A DNA stretch of 63,734 nt, filler included. It is 6 parts of 6 records of this genome, joined end to end, with 100 filler letters (N's around TTAATTAATTAA, not from the genome) between each part and the next. Parts side by side here need not be neighbours in the genome. Positions count along the whole stretch, not along the records: positions 1 to 16,705 come from DRR723986_5825; 5 more parts are not named here. One strand, given 5' to 3'. This document shows positions 1-10,800 of the stretch, piece after piece. The translations under genes and the position numbers were made by a program. The first letter of the stretch is position 1. Each line of letters begins with the position of its first letter. The notes below the pieces were generated by a model. The model did no database searches, was not told the DNA's origin, and saw only the letters and a list, made by a program, of their open reading frames with translations.

Positions 1-1035
1 GAGCGGCGGACCCCTTGATCACGCAAAAGTGCGTCCAATCGCGAAGCTCAATATCGCACTTCAACAATACTAATGAGCCGGTTTTGTGAAATTACCCTGA
101 AATCCCGACGAGCCGGAATATTAATGTTAACCTATGCACTACTTTGACATCTGCAATTCGGGAGTAGTCAACCACTGTCTTGCGCAGAAATTGAATAGCG
201 GCTGCTTCAAGTTTGAAAATATTCCGGCTTGTGAATTAACATTTTACAAGGCAGCCATTCGCTCTCGAGACCGAAGGCGCCCAGCGAGTATGGCATTGAT
301 ATTTTGAGATACTCTAAACCTTAGCGTCCACCTTATTCAACTGAATGTTCTAAAGTGAAATATGCCGTGCTATCTGATTTACTGGTTTATTTTGTTCTAA
401 GTGCACAACAAAAAAATCAAAAGGCAAGCCACTGCCAAGGGGCGCTGCAATCAGCTGAATCGCAGTGCAGTGGCTCTTGTTCTTTAAAGTAACATGCGGT
501 AATACTTCAGTGAGTAGGAGCAATAATTGCCTTGTTTTTTGCTTCAGGTCAGTAAATGCTGGTGTTGGTGGTGAATATGCCAAGTTCCTTTTTTTTATCT
601 GCCGAAACTGTGAAACAAAGTTGGCGGTTGGGGATTAGTCTTGGTGATGGGGTCTAATGATGTTTACATTGATGTGGCTGGGGTTTGTTGGTTTGGTCAC
701 AAAGTCTTACAGGCGGAAATTTATGCCCTTTAAAATATGGTCGAAAAGTTGGAAAAGGGAGCGAGATAGTGTACATTGATCACTGAGTATGACCAGTTGG
801 ATCTGTTGGAGATTTCGGAGTAAAAGACTAAGTGTGGAAGGGAGGACAGTACAGTTTACATCTAGTAGCGAATATTATTGGTCTTGGTTGATGTATGGGA
901 CCACACAACTCGAAATCAGACGGAGTAAGTTCACATCCGCTGCAATTACCTACCAGGATACTAATGCCCACGTTCCTGTTCGTTCAATTCTTGCCCGCTT
1001 AACAGCGTATTCTGAATAAAAATTAGGAGGTAACA

Positions 1036-4000
1036 ATGTTTACCCTACACAAAAAGGTGGCGTCGATGATGCTGCGAGGCATTTTATTGTCATTAATGAT
1101 AGGTTCGCCCGGATTGCAGGCTCAGAACCATGACCCGGAGCCGTATGTATTCGATGCAACCGATCCGGTAGTGGAGACAGAAGGAGAAAACGTCGGTCAG
1201 GACCGCTTCATACTTGGTTGGAATTGGGGGGATCGTCCGCCTGCGGCACTAAGTGAAGCTCTTAACATGAACATGCGCCATGGCGATAATTTGAATGTAT
1301 ATTTTGGGCTAAGTGATGTTGATGAAAATAATGACGGGATACCAGACCATGGTACTGATGTTACTGAAGACATGGAGTTGGTTGTTGCTCTACGAGATCA
1401 TTGCACTGTAACAGTCACGGATTACCCTGTTGTAGGTTACGATCCAGAGACAGACGAAGGGTTTGTTCGGTATGACCACAATATATTGTTAACTGGTCTG
1501 GCAACGGAATATTGGCATGCTTCTCTGATTCATGGTCCGGCCATGCAATATAGCCCGATAAATACAATCGATTCTGAGGGCAACTTAGCGGTATACAATG
1601 ATGGTGTAAAAGATGCTTCGAGTCTGGCCTGTTTCGGATTTCAAACTAAGGCCCATGAGGGAATAGTAGAAGAATACAATGGCAAACATCAATGGGTTCT
1701 GAGAGCGGATCTCTTTGACGGTACTGCGACGGTCCTGGAGGATCCATGGCCGAACGATGTGCTGTTCCGACGAGACGAAATTGGTGGTGCGGGAATGGCA
1801 GACGGAATAATGAACGGATCTGAGTGGTACGTTTCAATTAATTTGCGATTGATGGAAGTCTCCAATCTAGATGATGAAGCTGTAGTACTTACAATTGAAT
1901 TGCCCTACACAACTCCGGACATGCTGGATGCCGGAGAAGTTGAGTATGTCGTTTTTGATTCGATTCCAACTACCACAATTGAGGCACTTGCAGATAATCG
2001 TGGCGATGTAACAACGTTGAAACTCGCGCCTGGAAACAAAAGAATTGTAGAGGTTCGGCGTGGAATGCTGCCGGACTATGTGGCGGATGACATTGAAAAT
2101 GACGTCACGATCTCTGCACACTTTAGAATGCGGGGAGTTACCAATGCTAGACTTCCAGTAGTTGAGCAAGTTCCAAATATAGAGCAAGATTATATTAACA
2201 ATGATGTAAATAACCCCCACCCTTCCAACCAACAACTTGCAACTCTAGGCATTGAAGTTAATTACATGGACAATGCAGACTTGGCCATTACCTGGGTCAA
2301 ATTTGAAACACCTTGGGCGCGCTGGCTGGCTCGGGGCAAATTTGATACGAAAATCAAGGACGTAATAGATGATGGTGTCGATCTGGTTAAAAATCTTGCG
2401 AGCCCTGCGGGTGTGACGATCAGTCGATTCTATGGTACAGATGAAGCGCCAATTGCGATGTGGCAGGCGCAGCGCTACCTAAATATCATCACCGGCGGCC
2501 GCGCATCAACCGAGATGAAAATTGTGCATAGAGACGGCGAGCCGAATTCAATTTCGCGTCGCAACATGGCTAACTATTGGCGGCAGTTAATGGGAAGACG
2601 TGAGGTATGGTTTGGTGGTACGCCACTTGGTGCTGGACATGCCGCGCCATTCGTACTTGGTGGTACATATGGGGTGAATCACAACTCAGCATTCATGAAC
2701 TACAAATATCCGTACATTCAGCGTAATTATGGTAGTCTAGATCCTGCAGCTACTGATAATAGATGGCAGCACAACTTCTTAAGCCATTATGAGACGTCTG
2801 TATTTTTGAATAGACCTGGTGACTGGGCTTTACCACCGCTCGACGATGAGGAAGGCTCCGGAAGCCAGCCAAACAGAAGCGCTTACCAGGACATGTTGAG
2901 CGAAAGGGGACTTGAGTATATACAAGCATACTGGGATCAGCGTTTACACTTTGAGTATCACGAGAATACAGAAATGCTATTCGATGTAAACCCCTGGTGG
3001 GTGAACTTGTGGACCTATGTTCATTTTGGATCGCCAAACAGGCCGGCGGGTGACATACTCAGGGATATCAAAGATCATCGACCAAAGACCGGCGAAGAGA
3101 CCCGTCTGCAACTATGGACGAATGTACTACTTGGTGCCAAAGGCTTGGTGTATTATCGGGGTACATCATCTAATTTGCTTGAATTCAATCTTGTCGGGAT
3201 ATCAAACGAGGAAGACCCTATAAATTGGCCTAACGGTCTGAATGGCAGGGACCTGATCGAAGACGATGACCTTCTAGGCGGAGATTTCATCACGATTACA
3301 ATGAACCAGACTGCAACAGATCATACGCAACTGGCAGAGGTAATTAAAAACCCTGATGGAAGTATTGACGAGCAACAGACCAATATCGAAAGAGTTAATA
3401 ATATTCTTCTAAATGGTAGGGGGAATCTGGGGAGTAATAATGACCTTGAAACAGCCCCGATTGTGGATCTTGGCAACAATGAATTCTATATCGGCAGGCG
3501 TTCTATGCGCTTGGAGATATATAATATACACGATTGGATTGCAGGCCCAAGCGGGTTTGATGGAGACCAAACAGTTGGTGAATTGTTGATGGACCTGGAT
3601 CTTTATGATTGGTACGGTCGAGGTTTCCGCAGTGAGCCAACTAGAACTACAAACCCCAAAGTTAATTCTCCAGTCTTGGATCAGCTGGTGAATCTGGATG
3701 ATATCTCAATTTCAAACATTAATACATTCATAGATAATAATCCTGCAGCGCCAGAAGAATCAATTTCAGAGGATCGATTCTTTGACGTCATGTTACTAGA
3801 TGGTCCTGATCTGTCAGATGAAGTCTATTATGTGGGAGTTGTCAATCGTTTAACAAATCCCGTGATTGTAACGGATCAAGATCTTTCGACTGTGCTGGAT
3901 CCAGCTCCAATGGTCTTGTATCAACCTGGAAACCCAAGCCAATCGGCGGTGCTTCCAGGAGTTGATTTGGATGAGGATGGACAAGCAGATGTCGGGCAAG

Positions 4001-6750
4001 GTGGAGTTGAGCTAGATGAAACCGTCTACTTCGTAACGGAATCACAGCTTAAGGAGCTAATTGACGCGGAGGTCCCCGGAATCAACGCTTATTCACAGCT
4101 CGGTTCGCGGAGAATGCGATTGCCGTTTAACTATACCCATGATGGCGATGGTTACGCGCTGTTGCACATTCGTGAAGTGGGTGAGAACAACGATGCGCTT
4201 GAGGGGGAAGGACTGGAGATGGTTATTCGCACAGATGAATTCATAGAATTTAATCTTAAGCCGGGACAAGGGCGGTTTTTCCGCATTAAAGTTTTGGCAC
4301 CAGATGAAACAAATAACTCCGAAGGTGACCTGGCATATGCCAACCAACGTAAACTGGCAGTGCGACGCGATCTGAACGGGAACTCGTCTTCCCAGCAATA
4401 CCTCGCTGTCTTTCATCGTACAACGGATCAGACTGGTGGGGCCCTTAGCACTGACCGTGTATTTTACCAAACCAGCACATCCACAGCCTTAGCCGAAGAC
4501 TTTGAAGACACTGAGTTTGCGAACATAGAGTGGGAGCCGACCGTTACAGATATTTCTCAGGTGATAGAACGCGAAGTCTCTGGGACTGCAATAGCTCTTG
4601 TTCTTGGTTGTTCACATCCGTCGATTGTGTACGATCCAGAACAGGATATGGTGCATGCCGTATATGCTTGTCTTTATCTGGAAAACAATGTGCAACGCAT
4701 TGGAATCATTGAAAATTCATTTCCTCCTGACAACCCTGATGTGACTGGGCGCGAGTTAGCAAGTTTTGACGTTACTGCTCTGCCTGGTGGTTACGATAAT
4801 CCGCTGGATGTTTGGGGAACTCCAGTGATCAGTTTAACAGATGGTTTGCTGTTTATTGCCTGGTCATCTGCAAAGGGTGGAATCGGAGTTGGAGTGAAAA
4901 CTCCTGGCGGCAACGCATTATTGAATCTTCCCCAGACTATTAGTGTTAACAATAATGAAACGGCGCGTCACCCTTCGCTGATATCTTATTCTCGCATTGA
5001 AGGTGGGGAGGATGAAACAGCCTTGGTTTGGCAGGAATCCGCAGGAGGGCCGGCAGCAGGATCTGAGATATTTTACACTCGCCTTGAGTTTAACAATTCA
5101 CAGATTGATCACTTTTTAGCTAAAGGAACACTGCGACCCGCGCTGAGCTCAACGGACCTGTTTCTGGAAGACGGTGACCAGATAATGGTGCTTAGCCGTC
5201 TGACAGAGGATCCGGCTAATCCAGGAGCTTGTGCTGCGCTTAATTATGTTGCTCCAGTTATTCAGCGCGATCAAGCACAACCGCTGAGAGCAACTCAATT
5301 GAGGCCAATTCAGGTACCGCTGGGGGGATATGCCCCTGTTGAAGGGAACTTTATAAGCGATTGTATCTCTTGGGCATGTGACGGTGAGGAAGGTAGTACA
5401 TCGCGCATTTTCTTCAGAATGCCGACCTTTTTTGATTTTGTTGACAATGGTGTTCCAACGACCGAAATATTTCTGCCGAATGTTGGTCAAGTCATCGAAT
5501 TGACAGATCATGCGCTTTCGCGACCTGACTTAACAAACGGTGAGAGCCGGCCACTTTTCTATCCTTTTAACAATGTACCCGAGGTAATCGGTCCATCAAC
5601 TGGAGCTGGGCCATTCAGTTTTATTCTGAATTATCGTGCAGAAAACCAGGGCGCATTTCCAGCTCCGGCACAGGGGCGTCATTTGCCGCTACGGCGGCGC
5701 TCGCTTTTAACAGATCTAAGTGATGAAAGCGACATGGATCGCCTCACTGAGATGCTTCGAAATTCGAGTATTATTCATGGAACCGATGACATTGGGTACA
5801 TACAACTAAGTGCGACTCCGGAATCGGTCTTCGATGCTGATACATACCGGCGTACACGGCGAATTTACAATTTGCCGGAGAGTGATCCTGATGGGCCGAT
5901 TTTCGCAAGTGCGCAGCATTTCTATCTTCAACAAGGTGATGCGCATGAAGTTCTACTCGCGCCTGGCTGTCGGGAATTTTGTTCCACATATATCTTCTTC
6001 TTGCCGGGTAAAAATGGCATAGGTGGTGAATATAAGCGGCTGAAGTTAAGTGGTGCAGTACCCAGCCCCTTGGCAAGTGCGCAATATGGTTCGTTTGAGC
6101 CAATGCTTGAGGAAGTCAGTTCCGACTGGTTTGATGTTAACAACGGTGATGTGCTCTCGTTTTATGGGCGGGGAGATGATTCAGGCTGCTTGTCAGCGGT
6201 TCTGGAACGTCAGGATGGTGGTAGTGAGATTGATATCCCGCTACCGAATACACCCAATGATGAAGCGGTGCGTGTTGAATACACGATTCAGAATCCGGCA
6301 GCGACGCAGTATCGCCTTAAGCTGTCGTTTATTGAAAATAGTCCAATTTCAACCTACAGCGAGTCTTTTGTGGCAGGGCAGTTTGATGTTGGCAGCGGGA
6401 CGGTTGTCGGCAATCTGAAGACTGCGCAGGAACCGCACACCGGCGCGCTCGACCTTGGTTTCCACAGCGTTGAACAGAATGGAACGGCGCTTGCGCTGCA
6501 TCCACATCCGGCTAGTGATTTTTTTAACATGTTGGCTCGCAATACTTCAATGACTGGTGAAGGTGTGAGCTTCACAGTACGTGATGTGCGCGGCGCCGTG
6601 CTTACACGTGTTAATGGTACTTATGGCGTGACCTTGCGCCTGGATACCTCACAGTGGCCGGCGGGGATGTATACGGTGGAAGCCGCAGCAAGTAATCCCG
6701 GTGCCTATGCTGCTGCGCCAACGCGTAGTACGCTGATTCTGGTGCCCTGA
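1036..6750 (+). CDS. Large secreted multidomain protein (1904 aa): putative glycoside-hydrolase-like barrel, beta-sandwich, beta-propeller-like region and T9SS type-A C-terminal sorting domain
   Basis: AGGAGG RBS upstream; signal peptide ending LQA-Q; RPKTGEETRLQLWTNVLLGAKGLVYY resembles clan-A-like TIM-barrel ends; repeated HPSI/TPVI/HPSL blades; C-terminal HPHPAS..TVRDVRGA..LDTSQWPAGMYTV is typical of a T9SS CTD. Confidence 0.75.
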   Translation: MFTLHKKVASMMLRGILLSLMIGSPGLQAQNHDPEPYVFDATDPVVETEGENVGQDRFILGWNWGDRPPAALSEALNMNMRHGDNLNVYFGLSDVDENNDGIPDHGTDVTEDMELVVALRDHCTVTVTDYPVVGYDPETDEGFVRYDHNILLTGLATEYWHASLIHGPAMQYSPINTIDSEGNLAVYNDGVKDASSLACFGFQTKAHEGIVEEYNGKHQWVLRADLFDGTATVLEDPWPNDVLFRRDEIGGAGMADGIMNGSEWYVSINLRLMEVSNLDDEAVVLTIELPYTTPDMLDAGEVEYVVFDSIPTTTIEALADNRGDVTTLKLAPGNKRIVEVRRGMLPDYVADDIENDVTISAHFRMRGVTNARLPVVEQVPNIEQDYINNDVNNPHPSNQQLATLGIEVNYMDNADLAITWVKFETPWARWLARGKFDTKIKDVIDDGVDLVKNLASPAGVTISRFYGTDEAPIAMWQAQRYLNIITGGRASTEMKIVHRDGEPNSISRRNMANYWRQLMGRREVWFGGTPLGAGHAAPFVLGGTYGVNHNSAFMNYKYPYIQRNYGSLDPAATDNRWQHNFLSHYETSVFLNRPGDWALPPLDDEEGSGSQPNRSAYQDMLSERGLEYIQAYWDQRLHFEYHENTEMLFDVNPWWVNLWTYVHFGSPNRPAGDILRDIKDHRPKTGEETRLQLWTNVLLGAKGLVYYRGTSSNLLEFNLVGISNEEDPINWPNGLNGRDLIEDDDLLGGDFITITMNQTATDHTQLAEVIKNPDGSIDEQQTNIERVNNILLNGRGNLGSNNDLETAPIVDLGNNEFYIGRRSMRLEIYNIHDWIAGPSGFDGDQTVGELLMDLDLYDWYGRGFRSEPTRTTNPKVNSPVLDQLVNLDDISISNINTFIDNNPAAPEESISEDRFFDVMLLDGPDLSDEVYYVGVVNRLTNPVIVTDQDLSTVLDPAPMVLYQPGNPSQSAVLPGVDLDEDGQADVGQGGVELDETVYFVTESQLKELIDAEVPGINAYSQLGSRRMRLPFNYTHDGDGYALLHIREVGENNDALEGEGLEMVIRTDEFIEFNLKPGQGRFFRIKVLAPDETNNSEGDLAYANQRKLAVRRDLNGNSSSQQYLAVFHRTTDQTGGALSTDRVFYQTSTSTALAEDFEDTEFANIEWEPTVTDISQVIEREVSGTAIALVLGCSHPSIVYDPEQDMVHAVYACLYLENNVQRIGIIENSFPPDNPDVTGRELASFDVTALPGGYDNPLDVWGTPVISLTDGLLFIAWSSAKGGIGVGVKTPGGNALLNLPQTISVNNNETARHPSLISYSRIEGGEDETALVWQESAGGPAAGSEIFYTRLEFNNSQIDHFLAKGTLRPALSSTDLFLEDGDQIMVLSRLTEDPANPGACAALNYVAPVIQRDQAQPLRATQLRPIQVPLGGYAPVEGNFISDCISWACDGEEGSTSRIFFRMPTFFDFVDNGVPTTEIFLPNVGQVIELTDHALSRPDLTNGESRPLFYPFNNVPEVIGPSTGAGPFSFILNYRAENQGAFPAPAQGRHLPLRRRSLLTDLSDESDMDRLTEMLRNSSIIHGTDDIGYIQLSATPESVFDADTYRRTRRIYNLPESDPDGPIFASAQHFYLQQGDAHEVLLAPGCREFCSTYIFFLPGKNGIGGEYKRLKLSGAVPSPLASAQYGSFEPMLEEVSSDWFDVNNGDVLSFYGRGDDSGCLSAVLERQDGGSEIDIPLPNTPNDEAVRVEYTIQNPAATQYRLKLSFIENSPISTYSESFVAGQFDVGSGTVVGNLKTAQEPHTGALDLGFHSVEQNGTALALHPHPASDFFNMLARNTSMTGEGVSFTVRDVRGAVLTRVNGTYGVTLRLDTSQWPAGMYTVEAAASNPGAYAAAPTRSTLILVP

Positions 6751-6784
6751 CATTGTTAACATGTTGTTGACGTCCGCGATTTGT

Positions 6785-6824
6785 TAAAGCGGCAGCCCGT
6801 GAGGGCTGCCGCTTTATTTCTTTT
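6785..6824 (+). terminator. Rho-independent terminator
   Basis: TAAAGCGGCAGCCC-GTGA-GGGCTGCCGCTTTA perfect 14-bp stem followed by TTTCTTTT, 35 nt after the stop codon. Confidence 0.85.
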
Positions 6825-6898
6825 GGATGGTGAGTTAGGGCATTAATACAACAGGAGATGCGTTAACTCTACGGCTTGCGGCTGATGGATCGATGCCA

Positions 6899-6964
6899 AA
6901 CAAAAAAATCAAAAAAGCCTGAGACGAGTGCGAAGCCCCGCGGAGCAAACGGCTCAAAGCGATC
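6899..6964. repeat. Intergenic hairpin repeat, copy 2 (A7-TC-A6-GCCTGAG..CTCAAAGCGATC)
   Basis: Shares both ends with the reverse complement of 16653-16705; shares 16 nt AACAAAAAAATCAAAA with 407-422. Confidence 0.7.
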
Positions 6965-7036
6965 AAGATGAGGTCATTTAAATTCCGCTCACAAATTTGC
7001 GTGACGGAGAAAACTGCTAGAACTGGAAATAGGATA

Positions 7037-7555
7037 ATGATTAGAATGATGTTAAGATTTACAGCCTTGCTTTTGAGCCTGATGTTTGTCACGCCTATGC
7101 AGGCGCAAGATTCCAGTCCGGAAAATGCTGCGCCATCCAAAGACGGTGGACCGCCGGAACGTGAACAGATACTCGGCATTTGGCAATTGGTGGAAGCGAT
7201 TGAACTGGAAGAGCGTGAGGATGATGCCTGGTCACAGCCATTCCAGTGGTTTGGTTTGTATGATGATGGTTCGATGTGCTCGATGATGACGACCGAAGAA
7301 ATGGAAACAACTGTTGATGAACTGGACGCTACCTTTCAGGTGCTGGACATAACACGCCGCCCAAAATTCGTGTATGAAAAACCGTTCCTGACGGTGACCT
7401 ATCCCGATATTCCGGGGCACAAGGAGCTGTGGGGGCTAAATATTGCCGCACGTGATATTGAGGGCACCAAGATCAAAGAGGGTGACCTGCTGATGTCGCT
7501 CGACAGCGGAGAGGGCGCCGTTATCTACCTGCGTATTTTGCGTAAAATCGAGTGA
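7037..7555 (+). CDS. Secreted hypothetical protein, lipocalin-like (start 7037 or 7046)
   Basis: Signal peptide ending MQA-Q; ILGIWQLV GxW motif at the start of a beta-rich domain. Confidence 0.55.
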   Translation: MIRMMLRFTALLLSLMFVTPMQAQDSSPENAAPSKDGGPPEREQILGIWQLVEAIELEEREDDAWSQPFQWFGLYDDGSMCSMMTTEEMETTVDELDATFQVLDITRRPKFVYEKPFLTVTYPDIPGHKELWGLNIAARDIEGTKIKEGDLLMSLDSGEGAVIYLRILRKIE

Positions 7556-7889
7556 AACAGCGCACAGAATTGCCTGCCGGCAGGTGGTCGGTAACCGAGT
7601 GTAGGCGCCTGCCGATTGCGGAATATCTTTCCAGATAGTTTGAAAACTGGGCCGGGTGTGTTTGATTGCTGAGCTTTGTGTAACTATCCTTGTATGCGTG
7701 GGATTGATCCTGAACCGGGGCCGCTTGCCCGGAACGTTCTGCGAGACAATGACTCTGCAATCAGACCTTGTGAAGATTTCCATGCCCGTACATATTCCGC
7801 CGACGATGCCCGCCTGCAATGGCCGGGCAACTGCTAAGATCGACCGCGCAGCCATCACAACTGACGCGCCAGGTGATTTTACGCCATTC

Positions 7890-10800
7890 ATGACGCTCAA
7901 AACCAAGCTGATAAACTTTGTGTTGCCGACGGCTCTGCTGTGCCTGACGGCGCTTATAGCACAGCCGGCGTTTGGTCTGGAACCACATGCTGAGTTTCCG
8001 GTAGACCTGGCGTTGCAAGATGACGGTGTGCAGGCGCGGGTTTTTGCCGATGGAATGAGGTTTCACCTTGGCCGGAATGCCGGTGCAGGACCAGCAGCAT
8101 TTGTGTATATGCGTGTGGGCACGTTTACCAGCGGGCCACAGCCTGTGCGGAATGTGTCTTTGCAGGATCACCAACACAGGCCACATAGTGCGTCAATGCA
8201 CGTGACGGTACCTGATGTTTTGCCCGGTGTTGATATGCTTGCCTACGTGGATGCGGGGCTGCCGCGTTATGATTTTGTGCTGGAGCCGGGCGCCAATCCA
8301 GATGAAATTGTTCTGGCCTTTAGCGGCATCGACAGTTTGCAGGCGAGGCAGACCGACCTTGCACTTTTTGGTGGTGACTATGTGTTTACGCACCGCGAGC
8401 TGTTTGCGTATCAGGAAATTGGCGGGCAACGCGTACAGGTGGATTGCGGCTTCCGCGACCTGGGAAGCGCTGACAATGAATTTTTGCTTGGCTTTGAGTT
8501 AGGTGCATACGATGCGACCCTGCCGCTGGTAATTGATCCGCTGGTGGATGCGACGTATTGGGGCGGTGGACACGAAGACGAGATTACAGATGTGCGCCGC
8601 CGAGCCGACGGCAGCCTGATCGTTGTGGGAATGACACGCTCGGCAGACTTTCCGCAGACACCCGGCAGTACTACCGCAAATGACGATAACGATCCCGACA
8701 TTTTTGTAAGTGCCTTTTCCGAAAACGGCACGGAGCTGCTGTGGTCGCGGCAGTTTGGCGGCAATGCTGCCGACCTGGCGAGCGGCATGGACGTCACGCC
8801 CGACGGCCGCATTCTGATTTGCGGGCAGACCAGCTCGATGGACTTTGAAGTTGTGGAATCGACGCTGCAGACTGAGCGACGCGGCTCCACCGACGGATTT
8901 GTGATCATGTTAACTGCCGACGGCGCGGCAATTGAATACGCCACCTTCCTCGGCGGCGTGAGTGACGACACGATGAGTGACGTAGCCTGGCATGCGCAGA
9001 GCCGGTCGATTATTCTCTGCGGCTGGAGCGCCTCGGAAGATTTCCCGGTTGTTGGCGTTGAGCCGTATCAGGATGAATTAAAAGTTGGTGCATCCGGCAC
9101 AGAGGTTCGCGATGCGGTCGTGCTGCGGCTGGATCATCTTGATGATGTGATTCTATACTCAACCTTTTTGGGCGGAACGGGCTCGGATGCGGCTATCGGC
9201 ATTGACGTGGATGCCGAAGGTGACGCCTATATCTGCGGCTGGAGCGATTCTCGTGAGTTGCGCGAAGCCGAGAATGCAAATTCTGGCGAGCGTGACGCTT
9301 TTGCGGCGCGTTTTGGAATCAATGGTGCTTTGCGTTATCTGCGCTTTCTGGGCGGTGAATTCGATGATGAAGCCGCGGATATTCGCCTGGTTGACGGCGC
9401 ACTGGCAGCAATTGTCGGCAGCACGAATTCGCCGGACTTTGAGCGCAGCGCCACGGCTCTACAAAGTGAACTTAAAGGTGGACCGATTTTCAGCGATGGT
9501 TTTTTGACAGTCCTGGGAAGTAACGGCGGCATTGAGTACAGCACCTTTGTCGGTGGTGAACTGAATGATGGTCTGGAGGCGGTAGATGTGCGCGAAGGCC
9601 GCTTTATCGCCATGGCAGGTGCCACGGAGTCGGCAGAATTTAGTTTTGCCGTAGAGGGCTGCAGCGGCGCACGCGGCATTAGTGATGTATTTGCCGCTGT
9701 TTTTGACTTAACAGGTGACGAACTTCTGTTTGCCGGTCAGTACGGCGGGGTGCAGGATGACAGGGCGCTGGCGGCGGCCTGGCGCAATGACACGCGCTTT
9801 TTTCTGGCCGGCAGCACCGAGTCGCGCGACTTTCCGGTGGGAGCCTCTGCACTGCAGGCGATGATGCCCTGGGACGACGAATTAAAAATTGCCGAGAATG
9901 CCTTTGTGGGCCAGATGAATATCGAGCAGAGCCAGGAGTATCGCATCAGCGGCTCGCTCGATTTTGGTTTTGTGCCGCAAGACCTGTCCAAGTCGGTGAC
10001 GCTGACCATCCACAACCTGCGCTCCAGCCCACTGACGCTGAACATTAGTGAAGGTGATAAGTTTGGTGACATGCAGCTGCAGTGGACCGGTGAAGTCACG
10101 ATTGAACCATGCGGCAGCTATGAAATTACCGTCACCCTCACGCCACAGTCCCGCCGGCGGCACGGCATTGAAATACTAATCACTTCGGCCGAATCCGAGC
10201 GCACCTTTCGGTTTCAGGCCGGCAGTCGCAGCCAGGAAGACAGTGCTGCCGATGTAGTTTTGCGCATACCACGTAACCTGACGGCAGCGCCGGGCGCAGA
10301 ATTCAACGTGCCGCTGCTGCTGGAGTCCGCCAATTTTGACCTGAATCCGGACAGCCGTCCGGTGCGCATGACCTGCGCGATTAGTTTTAACGCACGCAGT
10401 TTTACGCCTGTTGATCCCGCGCAACGCGGCATACTGCAGGATGACCGCCACGTGATTTTTCAGGACCTGACTTTTGGCCCGGGAGAGTTTGAGCCTGGCA
10501 CCGTTCTGGCCGAGATTCCGATGATTGCGGGTTTGGGCGACAATCGCGAAACTTTGATCTCAATTGATGACGTGACATGGTTTGACGCGAGCACGGCTGA
10601 ACTGACAACGCTGGCAGCGTCAATCGAGCAAGGATTGTTCACGACTGATGATTTGTGGGAGTTTCCCGATGGCCGCACGCGACTGGCACAGCCTGCGGAG
10701 CAGGAACTCTTTATGGAAATTCTGCCGAACGTGATTAGCGATGGCCGGCTGCGGATTCGGGCTTTGCATCCGCAGGATGCGTCATTGCGGCTGATCGTCT

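Noticed and set aside
350-1019. Short ORFs 350-583 and 789-1019
   Set aside because: No recognisable protein features; the first runs through a hairpin repeat
6834-7555. Integron cassette with attC (GTTAGGGC before the lipocalin-like gene)
   Set aside because: No matching RYYYAAC inverse core or cassette array and no integrase seen
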